Below, one piece after another: positions 18,795 through 26,848 of a stretch of 32,000 nucleotides of DNA. This DNA is from Paraclostridium bifermentans (lineage in GTDB: Bacteria > Bacillota > Clostridia > Peptostreptococcales > Peptostreptococcaceae). The stretch is from contig NZ_CAXVJR010000008.1 of NCBI RefSeq assembly GCF_964259345.1, forward strand, positions 101,904 through 133,903, in the 5' to 3' direction. Position 1 is the stretch's first letter. Every line of letters starts with the position of its first letter. The notes below the pieces were generated by a model. The model was not told the DNA's origin and did no database searches. It was given only the letters and a program-made list of their open reading frames with translations. The translations under genes were made by a program, and so were the position numbers.

Positions 18795-20945
18795 CTATAT
18801 ATTTTTAATATCTTTCATAGTTAAAGAAACTCTTTGTGTTTTCAAATCTACACCTATAACTTTAACATCTACTACATCCCCAACACTAACTACTGTCATA
18901 GGATCTTTTACAAACTTATTGCTCATTTGAGATTTATGAACTAATCCATCATTCTTTATTCCTATATCTACAAAAGCTCCAAAGTCAACTACATTTCTAA
19001 TTGTTCCTTTTAAAACCATTCCTTCTTTTATATCTTCAATTTTTAATACATCAGTTCTAAGAACAGGTTTAATCCCTTCCTCTCTAGGATCTCTTCCAGG
19101 TTTCTTTATTTCTGAAATAATATCTTTTAAAGTTACTAGTCCTACTTCTAACTCTTCACTTAATTTTTCTATTCCTATAGCATCAACTTTAGAATCTATA
19201 TCTTTTAAATTTCCATTTCTTACATCATCTAATGAATATCCTATTCTACCTAAAAGCTTTTTACAAGCATCATAACTCTCAGGGTGAACTGATGTGTTAT
19301 CTAGAGGATTTTTAGCATCTGTTATTCTCATAAATCCTGCACATTGAGTAAAGGCTTGAGGTCCTAGTCTTTTTACTTTTTTAATTTGAGCTCTAGATGT
19401 AAAATCTCCATTTTCTTCTCTATATATAACTATATTTTTAGCTATTGATTTACTTATTCCAGCTATATGCTCAAGTAATGAATATGATGCTGTATTTAAA
19501 TCAACTCCTACAGAGTTAACTGAATCTTCAACAACACCTCCTAAAACTTCTTCTAATCTTTTCTTATTAAGGTCATGTTGATATTGCCCAACACCTATAC
19601 TTTTAGGGTCTATCTTTACTAATTCTGCTAATGGATCTTGTAATCTTCTAGCTATTGATATTGCTCCTCTTATAGATACATTTATATCTGGGTGTTCTTC
19701 ATTTGCAAGCTCTGATGCTGAGTAAACTGAAGCTCCTGCTTCACTTACTATAGTATACTGAACATCTTTATCTATTTCTTTTAGCATCTCTGATACAAAT
19801 TGTTCTGACTCTCTCGATGCCGTACCATTTCCTATAGAAATTATATCTATATCATATTTTTTTATTAAATTTTTTAAAGTTTTCTTTGCCCCATCAACAT
19901 CATTTTGTGGTTTAGTAGGATATACAGTTGTGAAATCTAAAAGTTTTCCATTTTTATCTACTACAGCTATTTTACATCCTGTTCTATATGCAGGGTCAAA
20001 TCCCATTACAACTTTACCATTAACTGGCGGTTGAAGTAATAACCCTTTTACATTTTGACCAAATACACTTATAGCTCTTTCATGTGCTATATCTGTTAAG
20101 TGATTTCTAATTTCTCTTTCTATAGAAGGAAATATTAATCTTTTATATGAGTCTTCTATAGATAGTTTTATTTCTTCTTCATTTACTTTATTGTTATTAT
20201 TTATATAAGTATTTATTATGTGATTTATAACTTTATCATTGTTTATTTCTAGTTTAACTCTTAAAAATTCTTCTTTTTCACCTCTATTTATTGCAAGTAC
20301 TCTATGAGGTGCCATATTCTTTACAGCTTCACTATACTCATAATACATATCATATACAGATTCTTCATCTTTTGTATTCTTAGTATTTATTACACCTTCT
20401 CTTAAAGCTAAATCTCTTATATATTTTCTTAGCTTTGCATCTTCTGATATAACTTCTGCAATTATATCGGAAGCTCCTTTTAATGCACCTTCTTCACTAT
20501 TAACTTCTTTTTCTTCATTTATGTATTTTTTAGCCTCTAATTTTAAATCTATTTTTTCATTTAATATAGACATAGCTAGTGGCTCTAATCCTTTTTCTTT
20601 TGCTATAGTTGCTCTTGTTCTCTTCTTTTGTTTAAATGGTGCGTATATATCTTCAACTTCTTGAAGAGTTTTTGCTAGTTCTATACTTTTAACTAATTCT
20701 TTAGTTAGTTTTCCTTGTTCTTCTATTATTCTTTTTACATCATCTTTTCTACTTTGTAAGTTTCTTAAGTACACTAATTTATCATAAAATGCTCTTAGTG
20801 TAACATCACTCATTTCACCTGTCATTTCTTTTCTATATCTAGCTATAAAAGGTATCGTATTTCCTTCATCTATAAGTTTTATAGTATTTTCTATTTGTGA
20901 ATCTCTTAAATTGAACTCTTCTTTTAATATTTTATTTATATCCAT
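18795..20945 (-). CDS. tex: Tex-like transcription accessory protein (YqgF/RuvC-like, HhH and C-terminal S1 domains)
   Basis: 716 aa. N-terminus IPFIARYRKEMTG, central GFDPAYRTGCK (YqgF-like) segment, C-terminal S1 domain GTIRNVVDFGAFVDIG...GLVHKSQM. Confidence 0.9.
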   Translation of the reverse strand: MDINKILKEEFNLRDSQIENTIKLIDEGNTIPFIARYRKEMTGEMSDVTLRAFYDKLVYLRNLQSRKDDVKRIIEEQGKLTKELVKSIELAKTLQEVEDIYAPFKQKKRTRATIAKEKGLEPLAMSILNEKIDLKLEAKKYINEEKEVNSEEGALKGASDIIAEVISEDAKLRKYIRDLALREGVINTKNTKDEESVYDMYYEYSEAVKNMAPHRVLAINRGEKEEFLRVKLEINNDKVINHIINTYINNNNKVNEEEIKLSIEDSYKRLIFPSIEREIRNHLTDIAHERAISVFGQNVKGLLLQPPVNGKVVMGFDPAYRTGCKIAVVDKNGKLLDFTTVYPTKPQNDVDGAKKTLKNLIKKYDIDIISIGNGTASRESEQFVSEMLKEIDKDVQYTIVSEAGASVYSASELANEEHPDINVSIRGAISIARRLQDPLAELVKIDPKSIGVGQYQHDLNKKRLEEVLGGVVEDSVNSVGVDLNTASYSLLEHIAGISKSIAKNIVIYREENGDFTSRAQIKKVKRLGPQAFTQCAGFMRITDAKNPLDNTSVHPESYDACKKLLGRIGYSLDDVRNGNLKDIDSKVDAIGIEKLSEELEVGLVTLKDIISEIKKPGRDPREEGIKPVLRTDVLKIEDIKEGMVLKGTIRNVVDFGAFVDIGIKNDGLVHKSQMSNKFVKDPMTVVSVGDVVDVKVIGVDLKTQRVSLTMKDIKNI

Positions 20946-20961
20946 TTTAATTCCTCCTAAA

Positions 20962-20994
20962 ATAAGGCTTAAGAATTAACTTCTTAAGCCTTAT
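20962..20994 (-). terminator. Hairpin downstream of prfB (possible partial terminator before tex)
   Basis: 14-bp perfect stem ATAAGGCTTAAGAA (20962-20975) / TTCTTAAGCCTTAT (20981-20994). Only a short T tract (ATTTTA) follows on the minus strand, directly before the tex SD. Confidence 0.5.
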
Positions 20995-20997
20995 GTT

Positions 20998-22111
20998 TTA
21001 TGAATTATTTATTTTAGTCATTTTTAAGTATTCATTTATAAATAAATCTATATTTCCATCCATCACACTATCTACATTCCCCATTTCAGCATTAGTTCTA
21101 TGGTCTTTTACTAGTTTATACGGTTGGAATACATAAGATCTTATTTGGCTTCCCCAAGTTATTTGTGAGTATTTACCTTGTAATTCCTCGATAGTTTCCT
21201 TTTGTTCTAACTCTTTAAGTTCTATAAGTTTTGCCATTAACATCTTCATAGCAGTGTCTTTGTTGCTATGTTGAGATCTTTGATTTTGACATTGAACAAC
21301 TACTCCTGTAGGTATATGTGTTATTCTTACCGCTGAGTCAGTAGTATTTATATGCTGACCTCCAGCTCCAGAAGCTCTGTAAGTATCTATTTTTAAATCT
21401 GAAGGATTTATATCTATTTCTATACTATCATCTAATTCTGGAATTACATCTATTGATGCAAAAGATGTATGTCTTTTTCCAGATGGGTCAAAAGGTGAAA
21501 TCCTAACTATCCTATGAACGCCTTTTTCACTTTTTAAATATCCATATGCGTTCAGTCCTTCAATTTGGATTGTAGCACTTTTTATTCCTGCTTCAGGGTC
21601 ACTTATTAAATCTAATGTTTTTACATTAAATCCTTTTATACCTGCCCATCTATCATACATTCTAAGAAGCATTTGAGCCCAGTCTTGAGCATCTAAACCT
21701 CCAGTACCAGCATTTATAGATAATATAGCATTATTTTTATCATAATCTCCACTTAATAAAGTTTTTATCTTAACTTTATCAATTTCTTCTTCTAGAGATT
21801 CTATAGCTATATTAACTTCTTGTTCTAAAGATTCATCATCTTCCTCTTGAGCTAATTCTATAAGAACTTCTATATCATCTATTGAATTTTTCAAATTATT
21901 AAACTCCTCAACAGTATCTTTTAAGTTCTTATTTTCTTGTAGTATTTTTTGAGCTTTCTCATTATCATCCCAAAAATCTTGTTCACTCATCATTTTTTCA
22001 TTTCTAATGATTTTTTCTTTTAGACTAACAATGTCAAAGAGAAACCCTCAATTCATCTATATTTTTAGACATTTCTTCTATCTTATGTCTATACTCTTGT
22101 ATATTAAGCAT
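20998..22111 (-). CDS. prfB: Peptide chain release factor 2, made by programmed +1 frameshift (ORF1 22111-22037, ORF2 22035-20998)
   Basis: ATG at 22111 (SD GGAGG) encodes MLNIQEYRHKIEEMSKNIDELRVSL, then in-frame TGA within CTT TGA C. The +1 frame continues DIVSLKEKIIRNEKMMSEQDFWDD... into the listed ORF. The SPF stop-recognition tripeptide (RISPFD) and GGQ (SGAGGQHIN) are both present. Confidence 0.93.
22033..22049 (-). promoter_or_regulatory. prfB autoregulatory +1 frameshift site
   Basis: Minus strand reads GAGGG (22049-22045) TTTCT CTT (22039-22037) TGA (22036-22034) C (22033). This is the slippery CUU-UGA-C with an upstream SD-like element. Confidence 0.9.
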
Positions 22112-22125
22112 TTGTTACCTCCAAA

Positions 22126-24798
22126 TTATTTTCCACAGCATTTTTTATATTTCTTGCCACTTCCACAAGGACACTCTTCATTTCTACCTATCTCATCTTG
22201 CTTTTTAACAGGTTTGTTTCCTTGGTTTTCATCAGCATTTGAAGATATTTTATCTACATCTACTACTTGTTTTCTCTCTATACGTTCTTCTATAGTGAAG
22301 TTATATAAGTATCTTACTGTATCTTCTTGTATAGCCTTTGTCATGTTATCAAACATATCAAATCCTTCTAACTTATAAGCAACAACTGGATCTTGTTGAC
22401 CTATTGCTCTAAGACCTATACCTTGACGTAATTGATCCATTGCATCGATATGATCTATCCAGTAAGAGTCAACAGCTTGAAGTAATATAACTCTTTCGAT
22501 TTCTCTCATTTTTTCTGAAGTAACACTTTCTTCTTTTAAAGAATATATTCTATGAGCTATTTCATAAACTGCATCTGTAAGCTCTTCTTTTTTCATATTT
22601 GCAAATTCATCAACTTCTAAGCTTCCTTTTGGCATGAAAGTGTGATATAAGTATTCTTTATATGCATGTAAATCAAATCCTTGATCTGTAACATATACAT
22701 CATATGCACTTTCTATTATATCTCTTACCATAGTTTGAATTTGCTCTTGTAAGTTTTCACCTTCTAATACACGACCTCTTTGTTCATATATTATTTCTCT
22801 TTGCTTATTCATAACATCATCGTATTGAAGAACATGCTTTCTTATACCAAAGTTTCTTCCTTCAACTTTCTTTTGTGCATTTTCTATAGATTTAGTTAAC
22901 ATTTTAGCTTCTATAGGAGTTTCTTCATCTAATCCTATTTTCTCAACCATTCCAGAAATTCTATCACTTCCGAATAATCTCATAAGTTCATCTTCTAAAC
23001 TTATATAGAATCTTGAACTACCTGGGTCCCCTTGACGACCAGCACGTCCACGTAACTGATTATCTATTCTTCGAGATTCGTGTCTCTCTGTACCTATTAT
23101 AGCTAATCCACCAGCATCTATAACTTGTTGTTGTTCTTCTTTAATTTGCTGTTTATATTTTTCAAGTATTTTATCATAATCAGCTTTTGCTTTTACTATT
23201 TCTTCTGTTAATTCTATTCCTAAACTTTCTATGTCTGCATCAACTGTATTTATTGTATCTTCAGAATATCCTATTTTTTTCATTTCTTTTTTAGTTAAGA
23301 AAACAGGGTTTCCTCCTAATACTATATCCGTACCACGACCTGCCATGTTAGTTGCTATAGTTACAGCACCTAATCTACCTGCTTGAGCTACTATCTCTGC
23401 TTCTTTGTGGTGATTTTTGGCATTTAATACTTCGTGCTTTACACCTTTTCTCTTTAATATCATAGATAAAGCTTCTGATTTTTCTATAGAAACAGTACCT
23501 ACAAGCACTGGTTGTTTATTCTTATGTCTTTCTATTATCTCTTCAGCTACTGCATTAAATTTACCTAACTCACTTTTATATACAGAATCTGCTAAGTCTT
23601 CTCTTAATATCGGTTTGTTAGTTGGAATCTGTACAACGTCCATTTTATATATAGCTTTGAACTCTTCCTCTTCTGTCTTAGCTGTACCTGTCATTCCTGA
23701 TAATTTATTATACATTCTGAAATAGTTTTGGAATGTTATAGTAGCTAATGTTTTAGATTCTCTTTGAATTCTTAATCCTTCTTTTGCCTCTATTGCTTGG
23801 TGTAATCCTTCTGAATATCTTCTACCAAACATAAGTCTTCCTGTAAATTCATCAACTATAACTATTTCACCATCTCTAACTACATAATCTACATCTAATT
23901 TCATTATCTTATGAGCTTTTAATGCTTGATTTATATGGTGGTATAATTCTATATGAGCTATATCTGTTATATTATCCACACCAAAATAAACCTCTGCTTT
24001 TTGTATACCACTCTCAGTTAAAGTTGCAGATTTTTGTTTTTCATCTATCTCATAATTATCATCTTTTAAAGTATGTATAAATGTATTTGCGTCTGCATAT
24101 AAATGAGTCGACTTATCTCCAGGTCCAGATATTATAAGAGGAGTTCTAGCCTCATCGACTAATATCGAGTCAACCTCATCGACTATTGCATAGTTTAGTT
24201 CTCTTTGAACCATTTGCTCCTTATGTATAACCATATTGTCTTTTAGATAGTCAAATCCATATTCATTATTTGTACCATAAGTTATATCACATTCATATTG
24301 AGCTCTTCTTTCTTGTGGATTTTGTCCATGTACTATAACTCCAACTGTCATCCCTAAAAACTCATAAATTTTACCCATTTGTTCTTTATCACGTTTTGCT
24401 AAATAATCATTTACTGTTACTACATGAACCCCTTTACCTGTTAATGCATTTAAATAAACTGGAGCTGTAGCAACTAAAGTCTTACCTTCTCCAGTCTTCA
24501 TCTCAGCTATTCTTCCTTGGTGAAGAACTATTCCACCTATAAGCTGAACTCTATATTGTCTCATTCCAAGTACTCTTTTTGAAGCTTCTCTTGCTACTGC
24601 AAATGCTTCTGTTAATATGTCATCTAATGTTTCTCCTTTGTTAAGTCTTTCTTTGAATACATTAGTCATATTCTTTAATTCTGTATCTGACATTTCCTGA
24701 AATTTAGGTTCTAAAGCATCTATCTCATCTACAACTTTGTTGAATTTCTTCATTTCTCTTTTGTCAGCTATGTTAAATATATTATCTAAGAAACCCAT
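22126..24798 (-). CDS. secA: Preprotein translocase ATPase SecA
   Basis: 890 aa. Walker [14 protein letters not shown]-like [31 protein letters not shown]-terminal zinc finger [14 protein letters not shown]. Confidence 0.97.
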   Translation of the reverse strand: MGFLDNIFNIADKREMKKFNKVVDEIDALEPKFQEMSDTELKNMTNVFKERLNKGETLDDILTEAFAVAREASKRVLGMRQYRVQLIGGIVLHQGRIAEMKTGEGKTLVATAPVYLNALTGKGVHVVTVNDYLAKRDKEQMGKIYEFLGMTVGVIVHGQNPQERRAQYECDITYGTNNEYGFDYLKDNMVIHKEQMVQRELNYAIVDEVDSILVDEARTPLIISGPGDKSTHLYADANTFIHTLKDDNYEIDEKQKSATLTESGIQKAEVYFGVDNITDIAHIELYHHINQALKAHKIMKLDVDYVVRDGEIVIVDEFTGRLMFGRRYSEGLHQAIEAKEGLRIQRESKTLATITFQNYFRMYNKLSGMTGTAKTEEEEFKAIYKMDVVQIPTNKPILREDLADSVYKSELGKFNAVAEEIIERHKNKQPVLVGTVSIEKSEALSMILKRKGVKHEVLNAKNHHKEAEIVAQAGRLGAVTIATNMAGRGTDIVLGGNPVFLTKKEMKKIGYSEDTINTVDADIESLGIELTEEIVKAKADYDKILEKYKQQIKEEQQQVIDAGGLAIIGTERHESRRIDNQLRGRAGRQGDPGSSRFYISLEDELMRLFGSDRISGMVEKIGLDEETPIEAKMLTKSIENAQKKVEGRNFGIRKHVLQYDDVMNKQREIIYEQRGRVLEGENLQEQIQTMVRDIIESAYDVYVTDQGFDLHAYKEYLYHTFMPKGSLEVDEFANMKKEELTDAVYEIAHRIYSLKEESVTSEKMREIERVILLQAVDSYWIDHIDAMDQLRQGIGLRAIGQQDPVVAYKLEGFDMFDNMTKAIQEDTVRYLYNFTIEERIERKQVVDVDKISSNADENQGNKPVKKQDEIGRNEECPCGSGKKYKKCCGK

Positions 24799-24836
24799 AT
24801 ACTTATCTCTCCTCGTCCATTATATGTATAATATAC

Positions 24837-24845
24837 ATTTTACCA
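24837..24845 (-). promoter_or_regulatory. Candidate extended -10 element for secA-prfB
   Basis: Minus strand has TGGTAAAAT (TGn + TAAAAT) about 40 nt upstream of the secA ATG. There is no good -35, so this is only a candidate. Confidence 0.3.
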
Positions 24846-24867
24846 TAAAAACATTATATTTTATATT

Positions 24868-24902
24868 TAAAAAGCTATCGATGTTTATTTTTATCGATAG
24901 CT
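24868..24902 (-). terminator. Intrinsic terminator downstream of hpf
   Basis: 10-bp perfect stem AGCTATCGAT (24873-24882) / ATCGATAGCT (24893-24902), followed on the minus strand by TTTTT. Confidence 0.8.
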
Positions 24903-24921
24903 CTATTAATCAAATTTATTT

Positions 24922-25473
24922 CTAGTCTTGTTCTATCATTCCATAACCGCCATTTTTTCTTTTATATACTATTGCTATATCATCTGTTTTAGTGTTTGTA
25001 AACATATAAAAATCATGTCCTAATAAATCCATTTGTAAAACAGCTTCTTCTGGACTCATAGGTTTTATGCTAAATCTCTTACGTCTATCTATTTTAATAT
25101 CTATAGAATCTTCATTTTCACCTTCTAATTCAGCATCACTTATATCTTCTATATGATTAAATCTGATACTTTCATTAGAATGATGTCTATCTTGTACTCT
25201 TTTTTTATACTTTCTTAGTTGAGTATTTAGTTTATCATACACTACATCAATAGCTGCATATAAATTTTCCTCAGTGTCTTCAGCCCTTATTATAGGCCCA
25301 CTTATAGGTATTATAGTAACCTCTATTTTTTGTCTAGCTTTTTTAGCACTTACAGTAACTTTCACTTCTGTTTCAGGATGAAGGTAGTAATCTAATCTTT
25401 CTATTTTTGCTTCTATTGAATCTTTTATAGCATCAGTTAGTTCAATTTGTTTCCCAGATATTGTTATTCTCAT
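24922..25473 (-). CDS. hpf: Ribosome hibernation promoting factor, long form (RaiA/YfiA/HPF family)
   Basis: MRITISGKQIELTDAIKDSIEAKIERLDYY... is the S30AE/HPF N-domain. The C-terminal dimerisation domain reads PMSPEEAVLQMDLLGHDFYMFTN. Start set at ATG 25473 (SD GGGAGA 7 nt upstream), not the track's 25512. Confidence 0.9.
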   Translation of the reverse strand: MRITISGKQIELTDAIKDSIEAKIERLDYYLHPETEVKVTVSAKKARQKIEVTIIPISGPIIRAEDTEENLYAAIDVVYDKLNTQLRKYKKRVQDRHHSNESIRFNHIEDISDAELEGENEDSIDIKIDRRKRFSIKPMSPEEAVLQMDLLGHDFYMFTNTKTDDIAIVYKRKNGGYGMIEQD

Positions 25474-25643
25474 AAGAACATCTCCCTTCAGAATATACAA
25501 GTATAAATACAATTTATACTTACATACTATTAGTTCTATACTTAATTTAAATTTCCTTTAATTTTATTGTTAGCTAGTTACTTTTATAATATTCAGCCTA
25601 ATTTAATTTATTTTTGTCAAATTATTAAATTATATTAATAATT

Positions 25644-25747
25644 TGTGGATTTATTTTTATTAATATTCTGTGGATAATGTGGACAAAATTGTTAATAAGT
25701 ACTAAATTGTTTATTTTTACACATTTTATCTCTTAAATCTATCCACA
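25644..25747. promoter_or_regulatory. Cluster of four DnaA-box-like 9-mers in the hpf upstream region
   Basis: Compared with TTATCCACA: 25669-25677 TGTGGATAA (9/9, minus orientation); the directly abutting 25678-25686 TGTGGACAA (8/9, minus); 25644-25652 TGTGGATTT (7/9, minus); 25739-25747 CTATCCACA (8/9, plus). Confidence 0.4.
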
Positions 25748-25826
25748 GAACTAGTGTTTATTTGTGATTAATTTGTTTATTATTGTCATATCATAGTACA
25801 AACATATACATATTTTATTTTTTCAC

Positions 25827-25851
25827 AAAAAAAAAGCACCTTGTAGGTACT
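25827..25851 (-). terminator. Intrinsic terminator ending the comFC-hpf intergenic ncRNA
   Basis: Minus strand reads AGTACC-TACAA-GGTGCT (6 bp including one G-U) followed by a T9 run (plus-strand A-run 25827-25835). Confidence 0.65.
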
Positions 25852-25859
25852 TTTGTAAT

Positions 25860-26062
25860 ATTTTAGCTGACCTGGTCTTTGCCCCCACACTCGCCTGCTG
25901 GAGATTTCGCTTGGGTTTGCCGCACTACTGACTCTCTCGATTTTAATATCGGCAGGTCTTACTTCTAAGCTGCACCATGATCATTAACCTAATTTTTAAG
26001 GTTAACTTACGTGGGTCCTTTCGCCTGCAACTGGCATGAACTTTCAACCACAGACCTAACAT
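25860..26062 (-). ncRNA. Structured non-coding RNA, probable raiA-motif RNA
   Basis: A ~200-nt GC-enriched island with no ORF in an AT-rich spacer, on the same strand as and between comFC and hpf (raiA). Complementary segments: 26051-26058 region AGGTCT with 25954-25959 AGACCT; hairpin TTAACCT/AGGTTAA (25984-25990 / 25999-26005); TGCCG/CGGCA (25918-25922 / 25950-25954). It has its own terminator. Assigned from context and structure, not from a covariance-model score. Confidence 0.65.
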
Positions 26063-26098
26063 ATTACTAGTCTATTTTAATATCTTAAAATGAATATG

Positions 26099-26848
26099 TC
26101 AATAACAATTTATTCTAGTTAAAAATGTACACACATAAACATTTTTTACACAATTTATTTTTAGTAATTTTGAAATTTCATTTACAGTACTACCTGTAGT
26201 AAATATATCATCAATTAGGAGTACTCTTTTATTTTTGCATATATCTATATCTGACTTTGTCACAAATGCATTTTTTAGTTCTTTAATCCGTTCTCTATCT
26301 TTTAATTCAAATAACCTTTTTGTTTTCTTATTTCTAGCTATACAGTTTATTACTTCTATATTTAGGATTTCACCTAAATTTTTTGCTATAAGCTTAGATT
26401 GGTTAAATCCTCTCTTTTTTTCTCTACTTTTGTGCAAAGGTACATATATTATATAATCAAATTCAATTCCTTCACTAGATAACTTTTCCTTTATAATTGT
26501 AGCTATATATCTACTCATAAATGTCTTGTTATTATATTTCAATCCAAATATAATTTTTTTACTTAACTCATCATACTCTATACAACCTATAGCTTTATCA
26601 AAATAATAACTCCTATTCAAACAAGCAGGACATCCTTCTAGTAGTTCCTCAACTTTTACACTTTCTAAACTTTCATTTATAATTGGTTTTCCACATTTTA
26701 TACATCCATTATTTATGAAGTTTAGTTCTTCAAAACAAGATTTACATAAAGAGTATGTGTTATCTTTGTTAATAGGTTTATTACATATAATACAACTTAT
26801 GTTTCTTGGATATAAAATTTCTTTTATATACTTTAGTATTATTTTAAT
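26099..26848 (-). CDS. comFC: ComF-family protein (phosphoribosyltransferase-like domain with N-terminal 4xCxxC zinc-finger region); start codon uncertain and non-canonical
   Basis: The C-terminal PRT-type motif is VLLIDDIFTTGST. The frame stays open upstream of the track's TTG (26620) to the stop at 26852-26854. That stretch encodes CIIC...CKSC...CIKCG...CPAC, the usual ComFC N-terminus. No ATG/GTG/TTG occurs there; ATT at 26848 is the first plausible start. Confidence 0.75.
   Translation of the reverse strand: MKIILKYIKEILYPRNISCIICNKPINKDNTYSLCKSCFEELNFINNGCIKCGKPIINESLESVKVEELLEGCPACLNRSYYFDKAIGCIEYDELSKKIIFGLKYNNKTFMSRYIATIIKEKLSSEGIEFDYIIYVPLHKSREKKRGFNQSKLIAKNLGEILNIEVINCIARNKKTKRLFELKDRERIKELKNAFVTKSDIDICKNKRVLLIDDIFTTGSTVNEISKLLKINCVKNVYVCTFLTRINCY

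Noticed and set aside
22007-22378. A 123-aa plus-strand ORF spanning the prfB-secA junction, in a region that at first looks uncovered by the track's prfB ORF.
   Set aside because: The apparent gap (21994-22125) is explained by the prfB leader ORF and +1 frameshift on the minus strand. The plus-strand ORF is antisense to the prfB 5' end and the secA 3' end, and it has no SD.
25474-25512. The track's longer hpf start (MYLYLYILKGDVL extension).
   Set aside because: The extension contains the SD (GGGAGA) for the ATG at 25473, and the HPF family begins at MRITISGK. The upstream ATG has no SD.
25615-25620. TTGACA hexamer (minus strand) upstream of hpf, as a possible -35. It also resembles a one-mismatch Spo0A box (TGTCAAA versus TGTCGAA) on the plus strand.
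   Set aside because: The nearest TATTAT-like -10 is 24 nt away, which is too far. A single degenerate 0A-like heptamer in AT-rich DNA is not evidence. The hpf promoter remains unassigned.
25692-25724. A 10-codon minus-strand mini-ORF (MCKNKQFSTY) inside the DnaA-box region upstream of hpf.
   Set aside because: It has no credible SD (only AAGAGA at poor spacing). The length is trivially expected by chance, and there are no features of a leader peptide.
25860-26062. Alternative identities for the GC-rich intergenic block: 6S RNA, SRP/4.5S RNA, tmRNA, RNase P RNA, a riboswitch for hpf, or a T-box.
   Set aside because: I could not find the diagnostic sequences of these families. There is no SRP domain-IV GGAA/AGCA loop context, no RNase P GAGGAAAGTCC, no tRNA-like tmRNA ends, and no long 5'/3' closing helix as in 6S. 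There is also no T-box motif or specifier hairpin. A dedicated terminator about 350 nt before hpf argues against a cis leader. This needs covariance-model confirmation, so it is kept as a finding under the raiA-motif hypothesis.
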